DNA from: Azolla caroliniana
Taxonomy: Eukaryota; Plantae; Polypodiophyta
Assembly: GCA_043228905.1 (NCBI GenBank)
Contig: JBHGNT010000012.1
Span: 8,370,001 to 8,434,000 of the forward strand
Direction: 5' to 3'
Length of the DNA: 64,000 nt
The first letter of the stretch is position 1. The number at the start of each line of letters is the position of its first letter. This document shows positions 1-12,925 of the stretch, one piece after another. Under the pieces are notes generated by a model. That model saw nothing but the letters and a program-made list of their open reading frames with translations. It made no database searches and had not been told where the DNA came from. The position numbers and the translations under genes are program-made.

Positions 1-25
1 AACACATATCATTTACAACAAAATC

Positions 26-162
26 GAGGTATTGACCTCATACGCATACGTAACATATGTATGTGAGCGTAATACGCAATTGAGGTATTAACCTCGTATG
101 CATACGACACTAATCACAAATTATTTATATGTCAAATGAGGTATTGACCGCGTGCACATATG
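26..162. repeat. Three copies of a ~25-bp motif (GAGGTATTRACCYCRTRYGCATAYG-like) at 56-bp spacing
   Basis: Copies start at 26, 82 and 138; the first two contain a GAGGT..ACCTC mini-hairpin. Lies downstream of a minus-strand PBS. Confidence 0.6.
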
Positions 163-395
163 TAAACGTTTTATATAACCAATTAATTACCACTACAACA
201 TCATTGAATCTATATAAAAAGAATTACATATTAACCATACACATGATTAAATTGGGAGAAGAAAGAATAGAAGAAAACAAGAAAGATTACCGAATTTCCT
301 TTGTTGATTGTTGTCTGGATCAAGGCCTACCGCACATCGATCGATCACCATCAATCAACAAGACAAAAGACAACAAAAGGAACATTAGAACATAA

Positions 396-407
396 GCTCT
401 GATACCA
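396..407 (-). promoter_or_regulatory. tRNA-iMet primer binding site of an LTR element extending left out of the window
   Basis: GCTCTGATACCA is the reverse complement of TGGTATCAGAGC; the adjacent LTR is not recognisable. Confidence 0.6.
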
Positions 408-701
408 ACTATCTTATGCACGTGTATAGAATACTACGGTAAATTCTCACCACAGGATATTATATGGTCATGCCCATAACAATACTAATTGCCCTAACTC
501 ATATTTATACTTATATGACTTTAGGACTATTTACAAATATGGTCATCACAGACACAATATATATTTACAAATGTGTCCTTGGATCTGGTTCACACCAGAT
601 CTATCGGGTTCGGTTCCTTTCTTCGGCATTGTTCGATACGGTTCCTCCGATTCTCATCCGAATCCCATCTGGAGGGACCCAATTCCCAACAAGCTCCCCC
701 T

Positions 702-1115
702 TCACTTCGGCATGGGATGTCTTGTCATTCCGATCCGTCTCCAGCACACATCCAGCTTGTCTACTGAAAACACCTTGGTCAGCATGTTTGATTGGTTCTC
801 GTCCGTATGGATCTTCATTAGGACGAACACTTTATCTTATACCTTCTCCCGGAGCCAATGATACCTCCTATGGATGTGCTTCGTCCAGAAGTAGTAGGCC
901 GTGTTCTTTGTGAGGTGGATGGCACTTTGACTATCGTAGTGGAGCCGGATTTCCTCCTGCTAGATCCCTAGCTCTCCAATGAATTCCTTCATCCAGATTA
1001 CCTCTTTACCGGTTTCTACAACCACCATGTAGTCCGCTTCCATTGTCGATAGTGCAACGGATTTCTGCAACCTCAACTGTCACGATACAACTCCCCTTGC
1101 ATAAGTCATGACATA
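702..1115 (-). pseudogene. Copia A RNase H / 3' end of pol (degenerate)
   Basis: KIHTDENQSNMLTKVFSVDKLDVCWRRIGMTRHPMPK* matches the C-terminus of the other three copies. Confidence 0.85.
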
Positions 1116-1911
1116 TGTTGAGAGACAAGCTCAACATTGGGTGCGTAACCCAGTGCGTAGATTGGGTGCGTAAAACCGTGCGCACAATATGGCCGTAGCG
1201 GTGAGTAAACAGAGAGGCCATTAGAATGTTATTCCTCGTAGGATGCTCATTTATGAGCGGTCAAGTACTATAAGTACTTGTGTCAGCCCAATAGTTAGGG
1301 CTTGTATAAAAGGTGCTCACTGAGCACGAAGTAGATATAGAGAATTATTTTTTAATATAATTTTGTTTTTTGCTCTCTCTCTCTGTCTCTGTCTCTGTCT
1401 CTGTCTCTGTCTCTCCCTCTCTTTTTCTGTGATTTCTGCGTGCTTACCGAACTGTCATACTTCTGAATCGTGTACTCTATATCTTTCTCATACACTTCCG
1501 CACACGTATTCTTTTACATGGTATCAGAGCGCGAGGGTTGAGACTCCTCTGCAGACGACAAAAAAGTTTGCGATAAAGACAGAGTTAAGTCATTGTTTTC
1601 AGAAAGGATAAGTCAACAATATGGACAGAGGAATGGGAAGCTCGCTGCCGACTAGGAAACTCGACAGGAGCAACTACGCATCTTGGTCGTACAATATGCA
1701 CCAATATCTGCTTGGTCCTGGTTATTGGAGTTATGTCGAAGGAGCTAATGATAGAACACCCAAATCGACACACAGAGATTTTTCGGCTTGGGAACAAGCG
1801 GCAAACAGAGTTCTTTACTACTTCGCGTTGTATGTGAGCGACGAGCTCTTGACCTACATTCGGGATGCTAAGACACCAAAGGACGCGTGGGTGAATCTCA
1901 AGGGAATTTTC

Positions 1912-4900
1912 TGTTAGGAAACAGGTCCCGGTGAGAATCGGTGAGAATCGGATAAGGAGTACCCGACTACAAAAGACCCCGTGAGCACGAGGTCGTTGCC
2001 TCCGTGAGCTCACTGTTGTAGTCATTATGATATAGTGATAGTTTGGAGTCTGTGAACTCCCGTGGTTTTTCCCTCTCAGGGTTTTCCACGTTAAACATCC
2101 TGTGTACTCTTCTCTCCTTTGTGTTGTGCGTTCACTATCCATTTTCTATGTTTGATTTTAGACTCGGTTGTGGCCAAGCGTTGCTCATCGAGAGCGTGTA
2201 GTTCCTGTCAAAGTGGTATCAGAGCGAGGCAACACAGAAAAATGGACGATTCGTTGGGAGGCATGTTCAAACTCATCGGCTCCAACTATTCGGTGTGGAA
2301 GTCAAACATGAGGGACATGCTCGTGGTTAAAGATCTTTGGTTGCCGGTTCAGTTCGGGGACAAGAGACCACACAAAATCGACGCCATGATATGGGAGGTG
2401 ATGCACATGAAGACAACGGCGTACATCCAGTGCTTCATCAACATGAGTCTATACAACAACTTCAATGAAGAGAGCAAGGTTCATGAGCTCTGGGAGAAGA
2501 TCGACATTATGTTTCAGAACAAAAATGTTGTTAACCAGGTTTCGGTATTCCGGAAGCTAATAAGACTCCGGTACCAAGATGGCTCCAGCATGGCGGAGCA
2601 CATGAATGCCTTCCAGGGGTTGATCCACCAGGAAACATCATTGGAAGTACCTCTCGCCGATGAGGTACTAGCGCTACTCCTGCTCGGTTCCCTCCCGGAT
2701 AGCTGGGAGACGTTGGTTGTCACTTTGGGCAACACCGGGCCGGAAGGGAAACGGTTATCCCTATCAAGAGTGAAGTTGAGCTTGCTAGATGAGGAGGCGT
2801 GTTGGAAAGATAAGGATACGAGCTCCGACTCCAAAGAACTCCTTACCGAATCGGAATGTGGAAGACAAAGGAACCGTAGTCCCCAGAACCGGGAAAAGTC
2901 GGGGACACGGTCAAAGTCAAGGGGGAGGCCTACTTGCTTTTATTGCGGCAAGCCGGGACACTTCCAGAAGAACTGTCGGCATTTCCGAAAAGACAAGGAA
3001 ACCGACGGTACCAATTTGAAGCAGACACCGAACCAGAACGGTAAAAACCGAAGGGGAATAGACCGGAAAGGAACAACAACAATCACGGCAAGTGAAGAAG
3101 AGTTGATGCTCATCACCGAGGAGAGTGAGCTAAACCTTGCCGGCGACAAGATGACCTAGGTGGTTGACTCCGGAGCGTCGTTCCACCTTACGTCGGACCA
3201 GAAATGCTTCTCACCCTTCTCAGCCGGTGATCACGGTTGTGTTCGGATGGGGAATGGAGGTACATGCCAAATTCTCGGCATAGGAGACGTGTGGCTGACA
3301 ACACCAACCGAATGCAAGTTGTTGCTGAATGATGTCTGACACATTCCGAAGGTTCGCCTGAACCTGATATCAGCTGGTCGGCTAGATGATGAAGGCTACA
3401 CGGGTAGCATCCGGAACGGTGTTATGAAGTTCAGCAAATGGAGCCTGATTGTGGCTGGAAGAAGTGAACGTGGCATCCGACACTGCCGGTGAGCTGTGGC
3501 ACAGGAGACTGTGTCACATGAGTGAGAAGGGGATGAAGAGGCTTGCAGAAGACCACCTCATTCCAATGAAGAACTTGCACTTGGAGAAGTGCACTGATTG
3601 TCCGGCCGGTAAGCAAAACCGGACCTCCTTCTGACCAAGGCCACCGATGAGACGTAATGCACCACTGGAGTTGGTGCATATTGATGTGTGTCAAGTGGAC
3701 ACGAAGTCACATGCAGGATCGCAGTACTTCGTGATGTTCATAGATGACCACAACTGGAAGTTGTGGGCCACACCGTTGAAGACGAAGGATCAGGTGCTAT
3801 CCGTCTTCAAAGAGCTCCACACGAGAGTGGAAAGAGAAACCGGCCAGAAGCTGTTGTTCGAGCAGATAATGGAGGTGAATACCGGGGGCATTTCGAGGAG
3901 TATTGTCGCTCGAAGGGAGTCCGGCTCGAATTTACCGTGCAGAAGATGCTGGAACTAAACGAGCTGGCTGAGAGGATGAACGGGACCATAATAGAGCGGG
4001 TCCGGAGTATGCTGGCGCATGCAAAACTACCCAAGAATTTTTGGGCTGAGGCACTTTTGACGGCGACATATGTGATAAACAGATCACCCTCAGTACCCTT
4101 GGACGGAGACATGCCACAAAGAGTCTGAACCGGTAAGGAAGTGTCCTACCGGCATCTGAAGATATTTGGGTGTCTTGCGTATGTGCATGTAGCTAAGGAC
4201 CGGAGAGGAAAACTAGATTCAAAGACCTGGCCATGCATATTCCTCGGTTACGGTGACGATGAGTTCGGCTACCGAGTGTGGGACCTAGTCGACAAGAAGG
4301 TATTCTGGAGTCGAGATATTATCTTCATGGAGGACAAGAAGCTCGCCGACTGGGAGTTGGAGAAGAAGATAATGAACTCCGAGTCGACTGGTAAGGATCG
4401 ATTCTACGATGAGCAGACCCAACCAGCAAGAGACCAGTTAGCACTCGAGGAACCAGCCGGTTACGGTGAGGATACCAAACCGGCAGAAGAAGTAGAGGAA
4501 GTTGAAACCGGAACCGGCCAAGACCCCGAATCGGATTCGGATGAAGAGCAAATGGAGGAGCCGGTTACTGAAGCCCAAAGACGGAGATATCCTCTCAGAG
4601 AGAGAAGGCCCCCCCGGAGATTTCCGGATGCAGAGCATGTGCTGCTAACCGATGAGGGGGAGCCAGAAAGTTTCGAAGAAGCAAAGGATGACACCCACAA
4701 CCGAAAATGGTTAAGTGCCATGCAGGATGAGATGGATTCCTTGCATGAGAACCATACGTATGAATTGGTGGAGTTGCCGAAAGGAAAGAGGGCACTCCGA
4801 AACAAGTGGGTGTACAAGTTGAAACCGGGGGATGCCGGTAACTCCCCGAGATACAAAGCCAGGATCGTGGTGAACGGGTTCCAGCAGAAGAAGGGCGTGG

Positions 4901-6843
4901 ACTTCGACGAGATATTTGCCCCGGTAGTAAAGATGACCTCCATCCGGACGGTGCTGAGTATAGCGACAAGCATGGACCTCGAGGTAGAGCAGCTGGACGT
5001 GAAGACGGCATTCCTTCACGGTGACCTCGACGAGGAGATCTACATGCAGCAACCGGAAGGATTCGTGGAGAAAGGGAAGGAGCAACTGGTTTGCCGGTTG
5101 AAGAAGAGCCTGTACGGACTGAAGTAGGCTCCCCGACAATGGTACTAGAAGTTCGACTCCTTCGTGACCGATCAAGGGTACCACAAGACGTAGGCCGATC
5201 ACTGCGTGTTTGTAAAGAAGTTCGAAGGAGGCGACTTCCTGATACTCCTTCTGTACATGGATGACATGTTGATCATCGGACGGGACCAAGCCAGAATACG
5301 GATGCTGAAGAAGGCTCTCAACCGGACCTTCTCAATGAAAGACTTGGGTCCGGCAAGTCAAATGTTGGGGATGCATATCATCCGGAACCGGCCAACGAAG
5401 CAATTGTGGCTGTCACAGGAGAAGTACGTGACAAAGGTGCTTCAGCGGTTCAACATGTTAGAAGCAAAACCGGTCGGATCGACACTCCCGACAAACTACA
5501 GATTATCCGGTAAGCAAAGCCCAAAGACAAAAGCAGAGAAGGCTGATATGATGAAGGTTCCATATGCCTCTGCCGTCGGGAGCTTAATGTACGCAATGGT
5601 GTGTACCTGACCGGATATAGGATATATAGTCGGAGTGGTGAGCCGGTTTATGAGCAATCCCGACAAGGAGCACTGGAACACGGTCAAATGGATAGTCCGG
5701 TACTTGAAGGGCACTTCAAATATGTGTCTCCGATTCGGGTCCGGAAAACCTCAACTTGACGGTTTTACCGATTCGGACATGTCGGCTGATATGGATACCA
5801 GCCGGTCTACATCCGGGTATGTAATGACATATGCAGGGGGAGCTGTTTCGTGGCAGTCGAGGCTGCAGAAGACAATTGCGTTGTCAACCACGGAGGCGGA
5901 GTACATGGCGGTTGTGGAAGCCGGCAAGGAAATATTATGGATGAAGGACTTCATGGGAGAGCTCGGTATCCGGCAAGATGAATACCGGCTCTATTGCGAC
6001 AATCAAAGTGCCATCCACCTTGCTAAGAATGCGGCCTACCATTCCTGGACGAACCATATCCAGCATAGGTATCACTGGATCCGGGAAAGAGTAGATGACC
6101 AGGAGTTCGCGCTGACGAAGATCCACAAGGCCGAGAACGGGTCAGATATGCTGACCAAAGTATTGACACCTGACAAGCTGGATGCATGCCGGAAGCGGGT
6201 CGGACTACAAAGACATCCCATGCCGGAGTGAAGGGGGAGTTTGTTAGGAAACAGGTCCCTCCGGATGGGATGACCCGGTGAGAACCAGATGAGGAGTACC
6301 CGGCTACGGAAGACCCAGTGAGAACCGGATGATGAGTGCCCGACAAGCGTCGGATGATGCAGGCCCGGTCCGGTGAGGAGTGCTCACCGGATGAAGGGAC
6401 ATATTCATAAATATGTTTCTGAGAGTCCATCGGGGCTATATTTGTAAATAGCCGAAAAGTCATATTAGTATAAATATGACTTAGGGCAAACTTAGTGATG
6501 TTGTTGTTATTCTTGTTGGCGCAAGACTAGAGAGCGCGTAACAGTGTACAGAGAGAGAAAGAGAGAGGAAGAGGTCGTTGCCTCTGTTGTAACCGCCGCC
6601 TGTGGCGAAGATCGTGAGCACGAGGTTGTTGCCTCCGTGAGCTCACTGTTGTAATCATTATGATATAGTGATAGTTTGGAGTCTGTGAACTCCCATGGTT
6701 TTTCCCTCTCAGGGTTTTCCACGTTAAACATCCTGTGTACTCTTCTCTCCTTTGTGTCGTGCGTTCACTATCCGTTTTCTGTGTTTGATTTTAGACTCGA
6801 TTGTGGCCAAGCGTTGTTCATCGGGAGCGTGTAGTTCTTGTCA
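1912..6843 (+). mobile_element. Ty1/Copia element C, full-length but decayed
   Basis: 5' LTR 1912-2210 (internally deleted, 299 bp vs 602 bp); 3' LTR 6242-6843; PBS 2214-2225; PPT before 6242; TSD TTTTC. Confidence 0.95.
2242..6231 (+). pseudogene. Copia C gag-PR-INT-RT-RH polyprotein with stops and frameshifts
   Basis: CFYCGKPGHFQKNC knuckle, VVDSGAS protease, WHRRLCH GAG-pre-INT, RADNGGEY integrase, LLYMDD RT, DSDM..STTEAEY RNase H. Confidence 0.95.
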
Positions 6844-7204
6844 TTTTCGCCACTAGCACAATGGTCAAGAAGTTGCCGCTTAGGTAGAAGCTCAGCAATG
6901 TCCGACAGAAAGATCTGTAAGTGGCCGATTACACGGCCCAAATCAAGGAGATCTGCGACTCTCTTGCCTCCGTCAATGTGAACGTCAAGGAGGACGAAAT
7001 GGTGCAAGTTTGTCTTGGAGGGTTAGCGTCAAAGTTCAGAGCATTCTGAATGGCGGTCTGCACAAGGGAGGAAAATCATGCGGATGTGTCAACGAGTACG
7101 CACGCTGACGGCCGGATGCTGTACACGGAGGAAGATAGGCCCCGTGGTCGTGAAGGACGAGGCGGATTGGCGCGCAATGGAGGCGGCCGAAAAGAGCAGA
7201 ACAT

Positions 7205-7924
7205 TGTCGAGGAAATCCTCGCCTGTTTGTGAAATGAAGCGGGACCACCGGGGTCCTGGACCGGAAGGATTCAATGTTTTCAGCAGCGCAAGCGAGAAAG
7301 TATTGAAGATAGATAGATGGATGAAGAGAGAGAGAGATTGAGATAGAGATTGAACCCTTGACTTTAGTTTTACGAGACAAGATACATCACCATTAGGATA
7401 ACTTAGATCTTTGATTAAAAGTTTCTTTTTTACTTACATTCCTTGCCTCCCTTACACAAGCCCAACTATAGGCTTCGATAGGTCTCTCCATGCAAAAACC
7501 ATGGGCTAAAACCATGGGCTAAAACCACGAGCTGAAACCATGGGCTAAAACCATGGTTTTTTGCCCACAGTTTCTATATGTTTGCTTCCTACAAAATACT
7601 GAATATGAAAAGAAAATATACAAATTCTAAAGCACTCAGTAATGGCTTTAGTGGTAAGTTGATTTGTCTCCTATCTTGGAGGTGCAACATTTAAGCCTTG
7701 CTTCCAGCCCTATGTATGCACTTAAATGCTTTAGTCTTATTTTCATATTTACAATTGAGTGCACATCACATGTGCACATGTTTAACTTTACATCTAACTT
7801 TTCATTTATGATTCTCATTTCAGTCCTATTTACAACATGCTAGCATATGCGTGTGCACATTGCACCTTCTCGATTTCGTTCATTGCACACAATTTTCACA
7901 CCATTGCTGAAAATATTCACGACA
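7205..7924 (-). mobile_element. Solo LTR related to the Gypsy E LTR family
   Basis: TGTCG...CACGACA ends; shares GGGACCACCGGGGTCYTGGACC with the E LTR; internal AAAACCATGGGCT repeats; flanks ACAT / AGGT (imperfect). Confidence 0.75.
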
Positions 7925-9563
7925 AGGTGCGGCTTAATTGAAATGCCGGAAGCAATTCCGAACCCTCTGGAAGCAGGGGGGGGTCATAGCGGTGCCGGAA
8001 GCCGACAAGAGAAGGTCGCGACAAAATGTTGACACTGTGGCAAGAGAGGCCACAAGGAGGGCGAGTGTTGGAAGAAGAGAGCCGATTCGGACAAAGCTGG
8101 ATCGAGCGAAAGAGACGCACGAAGGCGTCAGAAATCGAAAAGGGAGATGAAAAGGGCCACATGAGCAGACAAGCCAATCGAAAGGGTCGAAGCGCGCGGA
8201 ATCGAATGGGTCGAGTAGCACGAGCGAGGCGTGAAGCGAGGAGAGGCCGGAGCGAAGATCCGAAAAAGCAGATGGAAGCTCAAGTTTAGCTTGAGGGGGA
8301 GTGTTGAGAGACAAGCTCAACATTGGGTGCATAACCCAATGCGTAGACTGGGTGTGTAAAAATGTGCGCACAATATGGCCGTAGCGGTGAGTAAACCGAG
8401 AGGCCGTTAGAATGTTATTCCTCGTAAGGAATAATTTTGGGAGTAAGTGTAGGATGCTCATTTATGAGTGGTCAAGTACTTACAGTACTTGTGTCAACCC
8501 AATAGTCAAGGCTTGTATAAAAGGTGCTCATTGAGCACGAAGTAGATACAGAGAGTTTATACAAAGAATTATTTTTTAATATAATTTTGTTTTCTGCTCT
8601 CTCTGTGTCTCTCCCTCTCTTTCTCTGTGATTTCTGCATGTTTACCGAAATGTCGTACTTCTGAACCGTGTACTTTGTGTCTTTCTCATAAACTTCCGCA
8701 CACGTATTCTTTTACAACATATCCGGATGTGGACCGGCTGTTATCCGCATCAGCCGACATATCCAAATCCGCAAAGACTTCCAGTTGAGGTTTACCTAAG
8801 CCGAATCGGAGGCACATGCTTGAGGTACCTTTCAGGGAGCGGAGTATCCATTTTACTGCTGCCTAATGCGCCTTTCCCGGATTGCTCATAAACCGGGTGA
8901 CCACTCCGATTGCATATCCAATATCCGGTCAAGTGCACACCATCGCGCACATCAAGCTTCCGATGGCAGAGGCATATGGTATCTTCATCATATCCGACTT
9001 CTCTTCCTTTGTCTTCGAGCTCTGCTTTCCGGACAACTTGCAGTTTGCCGGAAGTGTCGACCCTACCGGTGTTGCTAATTAGGAACACTGTCTACGCTCA
9101 GTCCTTCGAGGTAGACCTCAAGGTGACCGTTTTACAAGGAATAGAACCTTCGTACCGTAAATCGTAATGGGATACTCCCTCGTATCCTAGTAGCGTATAA
9201 GGGAGACATCTACAACTGAAATCCTTAGGAAGTGCACTAGTATCCGCACTTACGTCTACACCCTTACGATTAACAGTACGCAACCGAGAACCACAGATAT
9301 GCACATAGATCAGAGAAGATAGTATTCTATTAGAAAAAATGCTCTATACTCCAAAATTACACACTCTCTCTTATAGAGTATTTTTTCCCTTTATGTACAT
9401 AAGGTTTTTAGCCGTTCACGCTTCCTACGTGAACTGTTACATTCGTTTCTTAATGCTTTACTATATTATAATATTTCTGCGCTTCTGTCCGTCAGTTACG
9501 ATTCCGGCGGACAACACCTGGCACGCCTGTGGGACAGTGCCATGGCACGTCGGACCCATCCCT

Positions 9564-12500
9564 CTATTCTTCCTCCAAAATATCCCAAATGTTTGGTTCC
9601 GCTCGTACGTATTGGTCCGGGGACGACGTAGTGCCTATAGGCACGTCATTACTCGGTTCCATGTATTGTACTTGCTCGGTCATCATGGGGGTTTCTATGG
9701 CGTCAACTTCTCCCTGCATGGGCCGAGCCGGCTCTGCTGGCTCATTCTGTTCTATTGTGGCTGGCTCTTCCGTCCGCGGGCTCTCGGTAGGCCGAGGCTC
9801 TGTCTTGTCCATAACTTCCTCAATGTTTCCGGCCGTAGTTGTCATCTCTAGTGAATTGGGCTGAGGTTCATCCTGTTCGGTGGTATCTCTCTCTTGGTAT
9901 CGCGATGGGCTCCGCTCCTTGCCACGTGCTACCGGCTTCCATAATTCGGTGAAACATATCCTCCTGACTTTCGCCGAAATCTTCCAATAGCTGCGCGAGT
10001 TACTCGAACTGTTGGTTCGCTAGCATGCGATAATCCTGTGCTAGGTCCTCGCGTACTGCCGCAATGCCTTCCTCATTGAGTTTGTAGAAACCTCGGCCTT
10101 CTTTCCTATGGTTCTCCCAGTCCGCCCGGTAGGTATGCAACTCCACCGCTTGTGTTGCCCACGCCATCCAGCCTTTGTCTAGCGCCGCTTGTAATTGCGT
10201 CGTAAACCTCTTCCGATTTGTTTGAAGAAGTATGCGCACATTGTCGGTTATTACTTGGCAGCGGTTTTGCGCTTCTTCCAAGGTTTTTTTGAGGTTTTCG
10301 ATTTCTTTCTTATTAACCGCAACCTCTTCCTCATAATGGTTCTTCATCCCTGCCCATATATGAGATTCTTTTGAGTGTAATTCCTCCAACCGGCCCATTT
10401 CATTGTTCAGGCGGACTTTGACCTGATGTCTCACCTCCTGTTCTCGTACGAGCTGCTCGTTGTACCACGCTCATTGTACCACACTTTCTTCTACTTTTGG
10501 CCTTCCTCCCGTTCTTTGGTGTTTTCTTCTTTCATGCGGTTGTGCACTGCTGCCTCCGCTTCGAGTTTCTCTTCGAGTGCCTTCACTGCCTTTCGACCCA
10601 GATGTCCTTTTCTCTGTCGGACGATTGGCAGAGTTCGGAGTGGAGGCGGTCAATCTCGGACTCCGCCAACTGCGTAGCCCTTTTTGCTTTAGCAACGATG
10701 GCATGTTGTGCGGCTGTTACGGGCATGACCATTTAATATCCCGTGGTGAGAATTTACCGTAGTATTCTATACACCTGGATAAGTGTGAGGGTTAAACGAG
10801 AGTGTAAAGAAGGGGAGGATTACTTTTAATCCTCGGGATTGAGACAACCCATTAGGTCAAGTGTGAACTTGCCTGGGGGCCTTGGGAATCGCTATAAATA
10901 AGAGGCCTAACTACCCTCATTGGATCATCTTTTGACTACATCGAGACTCTGCTCTTGTGGTGGGTCAACTCTTGTAGCGAGCGCGCCAGCACCGGGTACG
11001 ACTCGACGCCACGACGGTGGTATGGGACGCCGATCGAGGCTCGAGTCCAACTCGATCCCTTTGCTCGGGGGTGGTCGGGTGGATCGGCACCCTTCTTTCT
11101 CTTTCTCCTTTCTATCTATCATTAGTTTATCCTTATGTTAAGCTTACTTTAGTACCTAGATCTCTAATAACGGCAATCTCCTCTTCTAGGGTTATCGAGG
11201 GGTCCTCACCCACAGCTGGTGTGGGATTTTGTGGTGCCCTAGTGATGCTGTGTTCGAGCTCTGTAATGCGCTCTTGGGTCTTCTGTAATTGGGCTTAAGT
11301 CAACTTGACTGTTTTCCACATGTTTTTATTCTTGCTAGCCATATCCTTGGCCCCCACACTCACTCTAGCCAATTCCCAATGTACCTCTACCAGGGCCGCA
11401 TTCAATGGAGGTAGTTCAATGCCCATACACCGAATCCCCTCATTTCGTTGTCTGCCTACTTTGGCTAGAGGCTCTTCATCCTCACTTTCTGTTGTGGCTG
11501 TGAGTGCACGCTCAATCATCTGTTGCTCTGCGTGTTCCTCCGCCATTCTTTGTGATACCTCAATTTGCTGCGTTGCCAAAAATTCCATGAGTTCGTAAGT
11601 TGTTCCGAATTGTAGTAGCGCACCGAACTCATGGGTTGTATTTGGGATGTCTGGGTACTTTAGGACTTCGCTTTCCACCGTGAGTACGCCTTTCCCACGA
11701 TGCAATTGGGTTGTAATGATCGGTTATGGTTCTCGGATTATTTCTAAAGTGATGTTTGGCTCCGTAGTTGTGGAACTCTCAACCAAGGCAGTGATGTCTG
11801 TGTCCACGGTTGTGTCTTTGACCAGTCCGCACCCGTCTTTCCTGTCCAGCCTACGCCATTTAGGACTCAGGCTTTCCTAGCATTGCTCGGCTTCCTACTC
11901 CTATGGAGCTGCCTCCCTGCTTGCCGGCCGTTCTTCCTGTGTAGTTCGCGTGCTAGGCTGGGAAGATTGTGGTTCATCTTCCCATTCAGTGGTAGCCAAC
12001 TCTGCTGACCACCGTTTCGTGGAACGTGGCAGTGGTGTAGGTTTACTAGGCTGTGGTACGGGCAGACCTCGGGGTGGGAATAGTATCGTCAGATACTGTT
12101 GTATGATTGGCCTTAGCTTTTTGCCACCCTGAAACGCGTGCAGGCCTTCTCATAAAGTTGGTCCCGTAATTACCCCCCAATCGACCGCACACCCTTCAAA
12201 GGTATCAATGATGATGCCAGCCTTCTGCTTTGGCATCCCATAGGCATTTACGTGCACGCATCCTAACTCCAAAAGAACTTGGCTATTTCTCGAAAGAAGG
12301 GGTCAGGGATTTCCTTCGTCCTGTATGCTTTGGCGGACACTGAATATGCCTTTAAATATCTCTGCAGGGTTTCCGCAGGAGGGATGTCGAAATGTTTCTC
12401 CCCAATCGATGATAAGTCAAGCTTCTTCTAGATGGTAGCGTTGGTGACCATGTCTATGTTGAGCTTCCTGGCAATTTCCAGGGCTTCAAGGTGAGCAGGT

Positions 12501-12600
12501 GCCTTGGCGACTTTGATGTATCCATCCAGTCTCTTTTCGAGGAGCCATCTACGCAAGGCAGCGGAAATAGTGATCGTCATCGTAGGTGGAGGAGATTCGT
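9564..12600 (-). pseudogene. Accessory ORF remnants of Gypsy D downstream of integrase (unknown function, partly coiled-coil)
   Basis: Protein-like minus-strand frames at 12580-12150, 11705-11295, 10730-10000 and 9845-9564; E/K/R-rich heptads; no retroviral core motifs. Confidence 0.55.
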
Positions 12601-12925
12601 GGTTTGTGGTTGATGTTTGCTGGCTATGGCGGGCGTGGGCTCTGTGGTAGGGTGGGGAGTAGGGTGAGTGAGGAGAGCGACGAAAGCGAGGAGGGTTAAG
12701 GGCTGAAGATTGTTTTTTGCACTGTGCAGAAAACCTTCTTCTTTCCTCTTTTTGTGGCCTAGGGTTCATTGGCTTGTGTACCATCGTGGTGCCGCGTGCT
12801 CTTGCTCTAGAAGTTTGTGCATGCATCAAGTCCTTTTAATAGCCTCACTATCTTCTCTCTCTCTTTTTTTCTAAAGGTTAAATACAATATTACAGTTACA
12901 CTATAATACAGGTGAGTCCCTTTAA

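Larger units (their letters stand above)
1621..8290 (+). pseudogene. Copia-type gag of element B, split by two insertions
   Basis: 1621-1911 (KLDRSNYASW..) continues in frame at 6849 (ATSTMVKKL..); zinc knuckle C*HCGKRGHKEGEC at ~8027-8068; several stops. Confidence 0.8.
1116..8716 (+). mobile_element. Gag-only LTR element B (TR-GAG-like, non-autonomous; ~2 kb without insertions)
   Basis: LTRs 1116-1518 and 8302-8716 (TG..CA); PBS-iMet 1519-1530; PPT 8293-8301; TSD ACATA (1111-1115 / 8717-8721). Internal region encodes only gag. Confidence 0.85.
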
